From Klebsiella phage HMGUkp2: 64,000 nt of DNA. Positions 37,943-47,441 of this stretch are shown here, one piece after another (the stretch's first letter is position 1; each line of letters opens with the position of its first letter). The DNA lies in sequence record PV683292.1. The stretch is one strand, 5' to 3'. The notes under the pieces are model-generated. The model was not told the origin of the DNA. It ran no database searches and worked only from the letters and a program-made list of their open reading frames with translations. Position numbers and translations under genes: made by a program.

Positions 37943-38902
37943 ATGCTGACAGTAAATAAAAATGAGTTCATGTTTGAACAACGTTATCGCCCAAGCACAA
38001 TTGAAGAGTGTATTCTTCCTGCTCGCGATAAAGAAATATTTCAGGCTCTTGTTAAGAAAGGGCAGATTCCTCACTTAATCCTCCAAAGTAATTCACCTGG
38101 AACAGGCAAAACTACTGTAGCTAAAGCATTATGCCATGACGTTAATGCTGAGATGCTGTTTGTCAATGGTTCTGATTGTAAGATCGATTTTGTCCGTAAC
38201 GAATTAACTCGATTTGCAAGTTCTATCTCTATGGAAGGACGTCAGAAAATCATCGTTATCGATGAATTCGACCGTAGCGGCTTGGCTGAAGCCCAGCGTC
38301 ACTTACGTTCTTTCATGGAACAATATTCAAGCAACTGTTCAATCATTATTACTGCTAACGACCTTGACGGTATTATTAAGCCACTTCAGTCTCGTTGTCG
38401 TGTAATCACATTTGGTTCTCCTTCTGAAGAAGATGCCAAATCAATGCAACGTGAAATGCTGAAACGCTGTATTGCCATTTGTGAAAACGAAGGTATTGTT
38501 GTTGAAGACCGTAAAGTTCTGGCTGCGTTAGTATCTAAGAACTTTCCTGAACTTCGTAAGACAATCAATATGCTAGACCATTATAGTTCTAAAGGAATTA
38601 TTGATGCAGGCATCTTGAACGTCGTCACTAAGGCCTCCGATTCAATCGAAGCAGTTATTGAAGCACTTCGAAATAAAGATATCAAATCTCTTCGTGCTTT
38701 GGCTCCGAAATATGCAGCCGATTATGCATGGTTCGTAGATAAGCTATCGTCTGAACTGTATACTATGGTCACTGGACCAAGTATCGTACGTATGTATGAA
38801 ATTATTGGTGAAAACAACCAATATAAAGGTGTGGCGGCTTCAACTGAACTCCACATCGTGTATATGTTCATTCAACTAGCTATCGAGATGCAGTGGAAAT
38901 GA
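37943..38902 (+). CDS. 44: clamp-loader large subunit gp44
   Basis: 319 aa; EQRYRPSTIEECILPA, SPGTGKTT, VIDEFDRSG, SRC motifs. Confidence 0.9.
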   Translation: MLTVNKNEFMFEQRYRPSTIEECILPARDKEIFQALVKKGQIPHLILQSNSPGTGKTTVAKALCHDVNAEMLFVNGSDCKIDFVRNELTRFASSISMEGRQKIIVIDEFDRSGLAEAQRHLRSFMEQYSSNCSIIITANDLDGIIKPLQSRCRVITFGSPSEEDAKSMQREMLKRCIAICENEGIVVEDRKVLAALVSKNFPELRKTINMLDHYSSKGIIDAGILNVVTKASDSIEAVIEALRNKDIKSLRALAPKYAADYAWFVDKLSSELYTMVTGPSIVRMYEIIGENNQYKGVAASTELHIVYMFIQLAIEMQWK

Positions 38903-39471
38903 GTTTATTCTTTTTTGATGATGAACCGGAATACAATGAGCACCAAATCGCATGGCTGACTAAGGATTGGTCAGCAGTCCAGAAATGTGCAGATCAATTT
39001 AAAGAATCTCCTGAAAGTGAGTTCTTTAGATTAATAAACGCAATCAATGACACTAAGCAACAAATTAATGTGTCGCAAATGGACTACAGCAAATTCATGA
39101 TTGAAAATGCCTTAAGCCAACATGCTGAATGCATGCCAGCGGTTTATGTAATGAACTTAGTAGGACAAGGTCTCTCAGACCAAGCACACTTTAACTACAT
39201 GAAACACGCCGTTCCAAAAGGTAAGCGATACGGTAAGTGGGCTAAACTAACTGAAGATTCGAATAAAATGCTTATACTTAAAGTAATTCAAGCATTTTAT
39301 AAAATCAACGTCTATGATGCTGATATGTATCATAAGACAATGTTCGCTAAAGGTAATCTACTTTCTTTCTTAAAACAGGCTAAAGCTCTTGTTACAGATG
39401 AAATGGTTAAGAGCATTACTAAAAATGTGAAAGAACAAAAACAACTCAAAAAACAAGCATTGGAATGGTAG
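38899..39471 (+). CDS. 62: clamp-loader small subunit gp62
   Basis: ATGA coupling to 44; HQIAWLTKDWSAVQ ... KEQKQLKKQALEW parallels T4 gp62. Confidence 0.8.
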   Translation: MSLFFFDDEPEYNEHQIAWLTKDWSAVQKCADQFKESPESEFFRLINAINDTKQQINVSQMDYSKFMIENALSQHAECMPAVYVMNLVGQGLSDQAHFNYMKHAVPKGKRYGKWAKLTEDSNKMLILKVIQAFYKINVYDADMYHKTMFAKGNLLSFLKQAKALVTDEMVKSITKNVKEQKQLKKQALEW

Positions 39472-39473
39472 GT

Positions 39474-39842
39474 ATGATTGAAATTACATTAAAACAGCCA
39501 GAAGATTTTCTGAAGGTTAAAGAAACCCTTACTCGTATGGGTATTGCTAATAATCGTGATAAGGTATTATATCAGAGCTGTCACATTCTTCAGAAGCAAG
39601 GTCTGTACTATATTGTTCATTTTAAAGAAATGCTAAAACTGGACGGTCGCCCTGTGGTTATGACTGAAGAAGATGAACAGCGACGTGACTCAATTGCTTG
39701 GCTACTTGAAGACTGGGGTCTGATTGAGATTGCCCCAGGCCAGCGTACATTAATGCACGAAATGACTAATAACTTCCGTGTTATAGGATTTAAGCAGAAA
39801 TCCGAATGGACCCTGAAATCTAAGTATACTATCGGTAGTTAA
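39474..39842 (+). CDS. regA: translational repressor RegA
   Basis: 122 aa; MIEITLKQPEDFLKVKETLTRMGIANNRDKVLYQSCHILQKQGLYYIVHFKEML near-identical to T4 RegA. Confidence 0.9.
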   Translation: MIEITLKQPEDFLKVKETLTRMGIANNRDKVLYQSCHILQKQGLYYIVHFKEMLKLDGRPVVMTEEDEQRRDSIAWLLEDWGLIEIAPGQRTLMHEMTNNFRVIGFKQKSEWTLKSKYTIGS

Positions 39843-39851
39843 AGATTAAGC

Positions 39852-39875
39852 AATGGGACTTCGGTCCCATTTTGG
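39852..39875 (+). terminator. intrinsic terminator
   Basis: TGGGACTTCGGTCCCA + TTTT. Confidence 0.7.
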
Positions 39876-39925
39876 AGTATAATTCATTCACCAAATAAAA
39901 GACAATTACTCGTCTAAGGAACCAA

Positions 39926-42634
39926 ATGAAAGAATTCTTTTTAACTATCGAACAGTTAGGCAACACCATTCACGAGAGATACATCGATTCAAATGGGGTT
40001 GAACAAACTCGTCAGATTGATTATAAACCAACCCTGTTCTATCATTCTGATGTTGAATCAAAGTACAAAGATATCTATGGAATGAATTGTAAGAAAAAAC
40101 GATTCCCGGATATGAAGGAAGCTCGTAACTGGATTCGTAGAATGGAAGACATCGGGCAGGATGCAATGGGCATGGATGACTTCAAGCTGGCCTATTTGTC
40201 TGACAGGTACCCAGGTGAAATTCATTTTAACCCGGCGTTAGTTCGCCAGTGTAACTATGACATCGAAGTAACAGCACCGGAATTTCCAAAGCCTAATGAA
40301 GCCAAGTATCCTATCGATGCGTTAACTCATTACGATAGTATTGCTGATAAGTTCTATGTGTTTGACCTTCTGAATTCTCCTTATGGTAAAGTATCTAAGT
40401 GGGACCCGGTACTAGCCGGTAAGCCTGAATCAGAAGGTGGTGATGAAATCCCTCAGGATATTCTCGACCGAGTTGTTTATCTGCCGTTTGATAACGAACA
40501 AGAACTTCTTCTCGAATACCTGAATCTGTGGGAACAGCAGACACCTGTTATTCTGACAGGCTGGAACGTAGAAAGTTTCGATAACCCGTACGTTTATAAT
40601 CGACTGAAGAATGTGTTTGGTGAAAAGACTGCTAAACGTTTAAGCCCTCTTCGTAAAGTCAATAGCAAAATTATTGCCGACACCTTTGGTGATGAGCGTG
40701 AAATTATCACACCGTTGGGTATCAGTGTTCTTGACTACCTAGATTTATATAAGAAATTTAGTTTTACGAACCAGCCTTCGTATCGCCTTGACTACGTAGC
40801 TGAGTATGAACTTGGTGTAGGTAAATTAGAATACGACGGACCTATCAACAAACTTCGTGAAACTAACCACCAACGATATATTTCGTATAACATTATCGAC
40901 GTTGCTCGAGTACAACAAATCGATAAAAAACGTCAGTTCTTGAACCTGGCGTTAGATATGGCTTATTATGCTAAAATGCCGATGCAGTCTGTGTTCAGCC
41001 CTATTAAGACTTGGGATGCAATCATCTTTAACTCTTTGAAGAACGACAATAAAGTCATTCCTCAGAAAAAGCACCACATTCCACAAAGTTATCCAGGTGC
41101 ATATGTTAAAGAGCCTACTCCTAATAGTTACAAGTACGTTATATCTGCTGACTTGACATCTCTGTATCCAAGTATTATTCGACAAGTTAACATAAGCCCG
41201 GAAACTTTGCACGGCCAGTTTGCTGTTCGACCTCTTCATGAATATATCGCTGGGACCGCTCCAAAACCGAGCGAAGAATACTCTTGTTCACCTAACGGTT
41301 GGATGTATCGTAAAGATATCGATGGTGTCGTACCGGTTGAAATTAAGAAAGTTTTCGACCAGCGTAAACTTCATAAAGGATTTATGTTGGCTGCCCAACG
41401 TAATGCGGAACTTATTAAAGAAGCATTGCATAATCCAAAGAGCACTTCTGATAAATCAGAACCAACTCTTGATTACCGTTTCGATATGGAAGAAAGTATC
41501 AAGGCCCAGCTTCATGATTTGAACGAAGCTATCTTGTTGAGTATGCTTGATAAAGCAACTCGTACTGAAGTAGCCGGTATGACTGCACAGATCTGTCGTA
41601 AACTACTTATCAACTCGCTTTATGGTGCACTTGGTAACGTACACTTCCGTTATTATGACCTTCGTAACGCAACGGCAATCACTTTGTTTGGCCAGTTGGC
41701 ACTGCAATGGATTGAACGACGAGTGAACGAGTTCTACAATGAAACACTGAAGACTGGTAACCATAAGTATGTTATCTATGGTGACACAGACTCAATTTAT
41801 ATGTGTGTAGACCCATTAATTGAGAAGATTGGTGAAGACAAGTTCCGTGACACGAACCATTTAGTAGACTTCTTAGATAAGTTTGCTAAAGAAAAATTAG
41901 AGCCAGCTATTGGCCGTGCATTCCAAGATATGTGCGACTACATGAACAACAAAGAACAGCTGATGTTCATGGACCGAGAAGCTATTGCTTGTCCTCCGTT
42001 AGGTTCTAAAGGTCTTGGTGGTTTCTGGACTGGTAAGAAGCGATACGCTTTGAACGTGTATGACATGGAAGGGACTCGATATGCGGACCCTAAAATGAAA
42101 ATTATGGGCCTTGAAACACAGAAATCAAGTACTCCTAAAGCATGTCAGAAAGCGTTGAAAGAATGCATCCGTCGTATGCTTCAAGAAGGTGAAAGCTCAT
42201 TACAAGACTACTATAAAGAGTTTGAACAAGAATTCCGTAAGCAGCACTATATGACTATTGCTGGCGTTAGTTCTGCAAACAACATCGCCCAGTACGACGA
42301 TAACGGTTATCCAGGATATAAGTGCCCGTTCCATATTCGTGGAATCCTAGCTTATAACCGTGCAACCAAAAACATTCCTGATGCAGAAGCAATTGTCGAA
42401 GGTTCTAAAGTAATGGTACTCCCATTACGGGACCAGAACCCATTCGGTGATAAATGCATCGCATGGCCGTCAGGTACTCAAATTAATCCTGCTATTCGTG
42501 AAGATGTATTAAAATACCTTGACTATTCGACTTTGTTCCAGAAAACGTTTGTTAAACCGTTGTCTGGGTTTACCACGGCGGCTAGAATCAATTATGAACA
42601 TGTCGCGACCTTAGATGATATCTTAGGGTGGTAG
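39926..42634 (+). CDS. 43: DNA polymerase gp43 (family B)
   Basis: 902 aa; N-terminus MKEFFLTIEQLGNTIHERYIDSNGVEQTR matches T4 gp43; exo and pol motifs (YGDTDS) present. Confidence 0.95.
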   Translation: MKEFFLTIEQLGNTIHERYIDSNGVEQTRQIDYKPTLFYHSDVESKYKDIYGMNCKKKRFPDMKEARNWIRRMEDIGQDAMGMDDFKLAYLSDRYPGEIHFNPALVRQCNYDIEVTAPEFPKPNEAKYPIDALTHYDSIADKFYVFDLLNSPYGKVSKWDPVLAGKPESEGGDEIPQDILDRVVYLPFDNEQELLLEYLNLWEQQTPVILTGWNVESFDNPYVYNRLKNVFGEKTAKRLSPLRKVNSKIIADTFGDEREIITPLGISVLDYLDLYKKFSFTNQPSYRLDYVAEYELGVGKLEYDGPINKLRETNHQRYISYNIIDVARVQQIDKKRQFLNLALDMAYYAKMPMQSVFSPIKTWDAIIFNSLKNDNKVIPQKKHHIPQSYPGAYVKEPTPNSYKYVISADLTSLYPSIIRQVNISPETLHGQFAVRPLHEYIAGTAPKPSEEYSCSPNGWMYRKDIDGVVPVEIKKVFDQRKLHKGFMLAAQRNAELIKEALHNPKSTSDKSEPTLDYRFDMEESIKAQLHDLNEAILLSMLDKATRTEVAGMTAQICRKLLINSLYGALGNVHFRYYDLRNATAITLFGQLALQWIERRVNEFYNETLKTGNHKYVIYGDTDSIYMCVDPLIEKIGEDKFRDTNHLVDFLDKFAKEKLEPAIGRAFQDMCDYMNNKEQLMFMDREAIACPPLGSKGLGGFWTGKKRYALNVYDMEGTRYADPKMKIMGLETQKSSTPKACQKALKECIRRMLQEGESSLQDYYKEFEQEFRKQHYMTIAGVSSANNIAQYDDNGYPGYKCPFHIRGILAYNRATKNIPDAEAIVEGSKVMVLPLRDQNPFGDKCIAWPSGTQINPAIREDVLKYLDYSTLFQKTFVKPLSGFTTAARINYEHVATLDDILGW

Positions 42635-42725
42635 TATAGATTAGGCCAGGCCCTAAAGTGATTCTAGGGCCTCGCTTTAATTATTATGTAGTATAATGGC
42701 TCCGTCAACAATTGAGGAACACAAA

Positions 42726-44390
42726 ATGCGTAAAGTAGTTATCTTAGGTGCCGGTCTTGGGTCTCGCTTATATCCAATTACCAATGAGATCCCTAAAGTG
42801 CTTGTAAACTATAAACAGCACACAGTTTTTAAACACCTGGTTGATTTGTATAAAAATCAATCAGATGAAATTATTCTAGTAATTCATAGTAAATTTGATG
42901 GGCTAGTTCGTGGATACATGAAGTCGGTTGGAATAAGCGATATCACCATTCGCCATGTTGATGTATCCATAGGTTCTGCACACGCTATTGATTGTATTGC
43001 TGATGATATCGTAGGACACAACGTACTATTCAACTGGTGTGACATTATTCCGGAAGGCCACAAAGTAGAATGGGGTAACGATTATTGCTATACCTTTGGT
43101 ACAGATTGCCGTTTCACTTTTGAAGAACCGTATTTTCGTGAAATTGGGACAGGTGGCGGTGTGGTTGGCCTGTATCAAGTAGCTAAATGGCCCGGGTTCT
43201 GTTCTTTTGAAGGCAACTACGGTGAAGACCTTGCCGACAATTTAGATTCTATGGTTTATATGACCGAGCGTAAGCTAGAGGCAGTCATTGACATCGGCGA
43301 TAAGATTAAATTGGCCGAAGCACATAAAACCTCTGAGATTAATCGTGACTTTAACAAGCTCAAATTTACAGATCAACACGCTATTAAAATCCCGACTAAT
43401 GAGTATGGTAAAGAAATTCAAGCTAAAGAGCTTAAATGGTATAATTCTGTACAATCGAAATTTATTCCTACTATTGTAGATTTCACACCAGGCGAATTTA
43501 TTAAAATGGAACGAATCTACGGTAAAACCATGGCAGATGCGTACCCTCTGATGACCAAAGATACCCAAGTATTAATGGTATATAAAGTAATCAGTGCTCT
43601 GAAATCATTAGGCGGCGATATCTATATTCCTACCGACGAACAGTGGTACGCGGACGTTAAGAAAGAAGTTCTTGATAAGGTATTAATCCGCAACGATTCT
43701 ATTAAAGAACTTTTAGAAGGGTTTGCACCTGAAGGCATTACCCATGTTAATGATTTTAAAGTAGGTAAGCCAGAAAAACTGCTGGAACACGCATTAGAAA
43801 TTCTATCCGAGCATAAAGAACCGTACCAGTTGATTCATGGGGACCCGCATTATTCTAACATTATGTTTACTGATTCGGGTGATATTAAAATTATAGACCC
43901 GCGTGGATATTTTGGTAATAGCCAATACGGCCCTACCATTTATGATGAAGCTAAAGTGCTTTATTCTATTGATGGGTACGATAAATTTAATGCAGACCCA
44001 CTATGGGGCGGTATTTCTCGGAATGGCACTAGGCTGTTTGTCGAGATTGAGAAAGTAATGCCGTTAGATGATATTCCTATGTGTACCTTTAAGCATAAAC
44101 TGTGGATTGCTGTTATTTGGATGGCTTTAGCAGGCTATTTCAAGAACAATCCGCTTAAGGCTATTGGCGCTTATTATCATGGTCTATATCAGCTGAGTGT
44201 GCTGCTTAAAAGTCAGCCTCGTAAACGCAAACTTATCGATGGCACAGAAGTAACTGAAGTTAAAGACCCTATCACAGCTTCTATTATTACCAGATGCCCT
44301 GATAAATGGGAACTGCTTGATAAAGAAACTGGTGTAAAATATAAACCAATTGGTGGTAACATCACCCATCAGTGGGAACGAATTGGGTAA
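42726..44390 (+). CDS. bifunctional nucleotidyltransferase / APH-like (anomeric sugar or small-alcohol) kinase
   Basis: N-term LGAGLGSRLYPIT (GxGxRL NTase motif, GlmU/RmlA/LicC-like); C-term HGDPHYSNIMF + IIDPRGYFG (Brenner HxDxxxxN and DxG motifs of APH/choline-kinase/AmgK fold); GAGGAA RBS. Confidence 0.65.
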   Translation: MRKVVILGAGLGSRLYPITNEIPKVLVNYKQHTVFKHLVDLYKNQSDEIILVIHSKFDGLVRGYMKSVGISDITIRHVDVSIGSAHAIDCIADDIVGHNVLFNWCDIIPEGHKVEWGNDYCYTFGTDCRFTFEEPYFREIGTGGGVVGLYQVAKWPGFCSFEGNYGEDLADNLDSMVYMTERKLEAVIDIGDKIKLAEAHKTSEINRDFNKLKFTDQHAIKIPTNEYGKEIQAKELKWYNSVQSKFIPTIVDFTPGEFIKMERIYGKTMADAYPLMTKDTQVLMVYKVISALKSLGGDIYIPTDEQWYADVKKEVLDKVLIRNDSIKELLEGFAPEGITHVNDFKVGKPEKLLEHALEILSEHKEPYQLIHGDPHYSNIMFTDSGDIKIIDPRGYFGNSQYGPTIYDEAKVLYSIDGYDKFNADPLWGGISRNGTRLFVEIEKVMPLDDIPMCTFKHKLWIAVIWMALAGYFKNNPLKAIGAYYHGLYQLSVLLKSQPRKRKLIDGTEVTEVKDPITASIITRCPDKWELLDKETGVKYKPIGGNITHQWERIG

Positions 44391-44453
44391 TCCCAGTTCG
44401 TAATTAAGATGTTGAGGAGGCTAAAGCCTCCTCTTAAACTATAAGGCCTATTA

Positions 44454-44813
44454 ATGAATCTCTGTTTCGACATCGACAACACAATCACGATATGGAATAG
44501 CAACCGTGATTATCTGAATTTTGAGCCGGACCCAGAAATGGTGGCCATAATTAACAAGCTCTATGATGAAGGCCACGAGATAACCTTGTATACGGCCCGT
44601 GGTATGACCTCTTGTGGCCCTGGTCGAATTCTGACTGAAGTGGTCCCGGCTCTTGTAAAGAACCTTGAAAAAATTGGACTGAAGTATCATAACCTGCTTA
44701 CACATAAACCAAGTTATGATTTTATTATTGACGACCGGGCAATTCGTCCTGATCACTTTAAGAAAATGATTCAAGATGGCACATTTGAAACATACAAGGC
44801 GTATCATCCATGA
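44454..44813 (+). CDS. HAD-superfamily phosphatase
   Basis: FDIDNTIT (DxDxT motif I), later LYTARG and DDRA. Confidence 0.6.
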   Translation: MNLCFDIDNTITIWNSNRDYLNFEPDPEMVAIINKLYDEGHEITLYTARGMTSCGPGRILTEVVPALVKNLEKIGLKYHNLLTHKPSYDFIIDDRAIRPDHFKKMIQDGTFETYKAYHP

Positions 44814-45373
44814 GTCCTAAAATTATTGTTGTAGACGGCCCTGATAATTCAGGGAAGTCTACTTTAATTAACAAGTTACTTAATAATACTAATTTTAAGC
44901 TTATTGATTTTCCTAAGAAAATTAACGGCAAGTGTATTTCTATAGGCACCGATAACGATAAGGCTTTAGTAGAGACCTTATATAAATTTTTAGACCCTAA
45001 TTTCGTCTACATCTTAGATCGCGGTTATCCTAGTAATATTGTTTACTCTGGATTTCTTCGTGGCGAAATGGACCCGTTCGAAGAACTTAAAGACTGGGAA
45101 GAATTCAAAGAAGAGTTCAATGTCATCGAGGTTATTTTAACTCGCAATCCGTTGGACGAGGACTTTGAAGACGATCTTATTAAGCTGACTAAGGATGAGT
45201 TCAATATGACTATTCGTCAGTATGAAACCCACTTTAAGAACGTGTTCAAGATTCTTAATCATGACGGTAAGAATAATCTGCTTAACGTAGATACAGTAGA
45301 ATTAAAACGTTTGAACGGCTATATTAATTATGAGGTTAGTAAACGAAACGCATTACAAAGGCCTCTACATTAA
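44810..45373 (+). CDS. P-loop kinase, thymidylate-kinase/dNK-like
   Basis: IVVDGPDNSGKSTL Walker A; LDRGYPSNIVYSG (DR motif); ATGA-coupled to HAD gene. Confidence 0.55.
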   Translation: MSPKIIVVDGPDNSGKSTLINKLLNNTNFKLIDFPKKINGKCISIGTDNDKALVETLYKFLDPNFVYILDRGYPSNIVYSGFLRGEMDPFEELKDWEEFKEEFNVIEVILTRNPLDEDFEDDLIKLTKDEFNMTIRQYETHFKNVFKILNHDGKNNLLNVDTVELKRLNGYINYEVSKRNALQRPLH

Positions 45374-45523
45374 TTACTGACGGCAAAGCTATATACTATG
45401 ATTAATTCAAAACCTTAATGAATAAAGGTGAATTTGAATTTTTAATCTTATAACCAAACTTATAAAAATAATTTAAAGTAAGACCTGCAAAAACCGTCGC
45501 GTCAGTTAACAACGAGATGCAAA

Positions 45524-46684
45524 ATGAATATTTTTAAAGTAGGAACAAATTTCGATTTAGCTTTGTTGGATAAAATTGTAGAACTCAGCAAAAAATATCC
45601 GAACAGCCTTATTAACGAGGTATACGGCTCTACTAGAGAAATGGCCTTCATCGCAGCAAGGCCTGATTTCAGATTACCTGATGTCGGGAAGTCTTTTCTT
45701 GAAGAGTATGTCAAGCGCTGTAATGAACTAGGAATCTGTTTTAATTATACTTTTAACACAATAAATCCAGGTTCAAAACGAGAACTTGATGAATGGAAAA
45801 AGAAAGCTATTCAAGAGTACGTTCAGTATCTTTGGTCTATAGGTGTTTGGCGTATCACTATAGCTAACCCAGTTGTAATGGAAATTGTTCGTGAAGTCAA
45901 TAAAGAGATTGAGATCGAAGTTTCAACTATACTTCATATTGATGCCGTGACTCAAATCAAATATCTTCACGACCAATACAACATTAAGAAAGTGTGTTGT
46001 GGAATTCATAAGAACCGGTCTGTTAACTTCTTGAAGCAGGCCGCGGCGTTTTGTAATGAAAACGGAATTATTTTTGAAGTCCTTGTTAACGAGTTCTGTT
46101 CTAACGCCGGAAAAGGTTATACAACTCACTGCAGTTATCGTGACTCTTGTTATATTTTCCATAGCACAGATGTTACAGCTGACGATGCTAAATCCTTAAA
46201 TGGCTATCCGATGCAACACTGCATTAAAGCTCGAGACACTGATCCGTTTAACTGGTTACGAACTCGCTTTGTTCGCCCGCAAGACCTGCATCTGTACCGT
46301 GACATCGGTATCACACAGTTCAAAGTTTCTGGACGTACTGGCTCAACTGAGTACATTATGAAGGTCCTTGAGGCGTATTCTTCAGAGAAGTTTGAAGGTA
46401 ATCTTCTTGAGCTGTGGAAACCTCTCGAAACCATCTACAATGGCGAATCAGATGCTAACTATAGCCATACCGTGAACATCGAAACATCGCTGTTAGACGG
46501 CTTTCTTGAAAAACGTTGGTTCAAACATCCTACGTTTGATTGCGCTAATGAAGTCTGCGGCAGTACTTGTACTTACTGTGAGCGTTACTATAAGCGTCAG
46601 TTATCTAAAAATGACCGCCCGCTGAATTCTATTCAGATCGTAGACGTTACCAGTTCAGACGACGAACTTCGTTACCCAGAATAA
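45524..46684 (+). CDS. peptidase-U32-family Fe-S protein (UbiU/UbiV/RlhA/TrhP-like putative hydroxylase)
   Basis: 386 aa; NEVYGS, ICFNYTFNT, FEVLVNEFCSNAGKGYTTHCSY and FKVSGRTGSTEYIMKV align to the U32 core (DAVYIG / AINT / FGSLC..EGRCYLSSY / VKIEGR.RSP.Y); Cys cluster CGSTCTYC at C-terminus. Confidence 0.55.
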   Translation: MNIFKVGTNFDLALLDKIVELSKKYPNSLINEVYGSTREMAFIAARPDFRLPDVGKSFLEEYVKRCNELGICFNYTFNTINPGSKRELDEWKKKAIQEYVQYLWSIGVWRITIANPVVMEIVREVNKEIEIEVSTILHIDAVTQIKYLHDQYNIKKVCCGIHKNRSVNFLKQAAAFCNENGIIFEVLVNEFCSNAGKGYTTHCSYRDSCYIFHSTDVTADDAKSLNGYPMQHCIKARDTDPFNWLRTRFVRPQDLHLYRDIGITQFKVSGRTGSTEYIMKVLEAYSSEKFEGNLLELWKPLETIYNGESDANYSHTVNIETSLLDGFLEKRWFKHPTFDCANEVCGSTCTYCERYYKRQLSKNDRPLNSIQIVDVTSSDDELRYPE

Positions 46685-46686
46685 GC

Positions 46687-46709
46687 AAAGAGGCTTAGGC
46701 CTCTTTTAG
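46687..46709 (+). terminator. intrinsic terminator
   Basis: AGAGGCTTAGGCCTCT + TTTT. Confidence 0.65.
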
Positions 46710-46727
46710 TATATAATAGGATTTTTA

Positions 46728-47441
46728 ATGTCAGAGCACAACAGAATGAAACATATTTCATATCCGTCTTTCCAGACCGCATTCAAAGTACTGAATGAAG
46801 AGATTCTCAACAATCCGCAGTTCGTTATTGATTCTCGTATTGGCCGTTGTAATGAAATCGGTTCTGCTTCAATTGAAGTAACCGATCCGACAACGTTCAA
46901 ATTCACTGATCCTCGTATCAACCGCATTAGTTATGAATATGCCGAAGCCTTCTGGCAATTCATGATTTCTGGTGGTACTGATGCTGCTGAAGCATTTAAG
47001 GAATACCCGAATGTTGCTAAGTTCATTGATAAGCCGAAAAGTGACGTACTGCCTGCAAACTTCAACACTTTCTATGGGCCTCGAATTGCTGCCCAGCTCC
47101 CAGCCTTACTTAAAGAGCTTAAAGAAAAGGCTAACTCGCGACGGGTTGTATTCCAAATTCTTCAAGAGAAAGACCAAGCACTGTTAGATTCAGATGAATC
47201 CCTCGAATACCCGTGCACAGATTCTATAACATACTATATCCGTGAAGGCAAGCTTTATGCCCATACACATATGCGTTCACAGAACTGTGCTGTAGTGATG
47301 CAGCTGGACTTTTATCTGCAAGGCAAGTTAATGCAATACATTGCAGATCAATGTGGTGTACAATTAGGTACGTATTCTCACACTATGGTTTCAGCCCACG
47401 TCTTTGAACGTGATTTTGATTATGTAAGAGGTTTTATCTGA
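46728..47441 (+). CDS. 42: thymidylate-synthase-fold pyrimidine (dCMP?) hydroxymethylase, gp42-like
   Basis: 237 aa; EYPCTDSITYYIREGKLYAHTHMRSQNCAV aligns with gp42 DFMCTNTVQYLIRDKKINAVVNMRSNDVVF (catalytic Cys, RS-x-N/D phosphate site); downstream LDFY Asp at the specificity position. Confidence 0.65.
   Translation: MSEHNRMKHISYPSFQTAFKVLNEEILNNPQFVIDSRIGRCNEIGSASIEVTDPTTFKFTDPRINRISYEYAEAFWQFMISGGTDAAEAFKEYPNVAKFIDKPKSDVLPANFNTFYGPRIAAQLPALLKELKEKANSRRVVFQILQEKDQALLDSDESLEYPCTDSITYYIREGKLYAHTHMRSQNCAVVMQLDFYLQGKLMQYIADQCGVQLGTYSHTMVSAHVFERDFDYVRGFI

Noticed and set aside
44451-44807. 118-aa minus-strand ORF
   Set aside because: Exactly antisense to the HAD phosphatase ORF, which carries the DxDxT motif and is operon-coupled; mirror ORF.
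45374-45523. 150-bp AT-rich spacer before the U32-family gene examined for late/middle promoter
   Set aside because: Contains TATAAAAATA but not exact TATAAATA and no clear MotA box at the right spacing; left unannotated.
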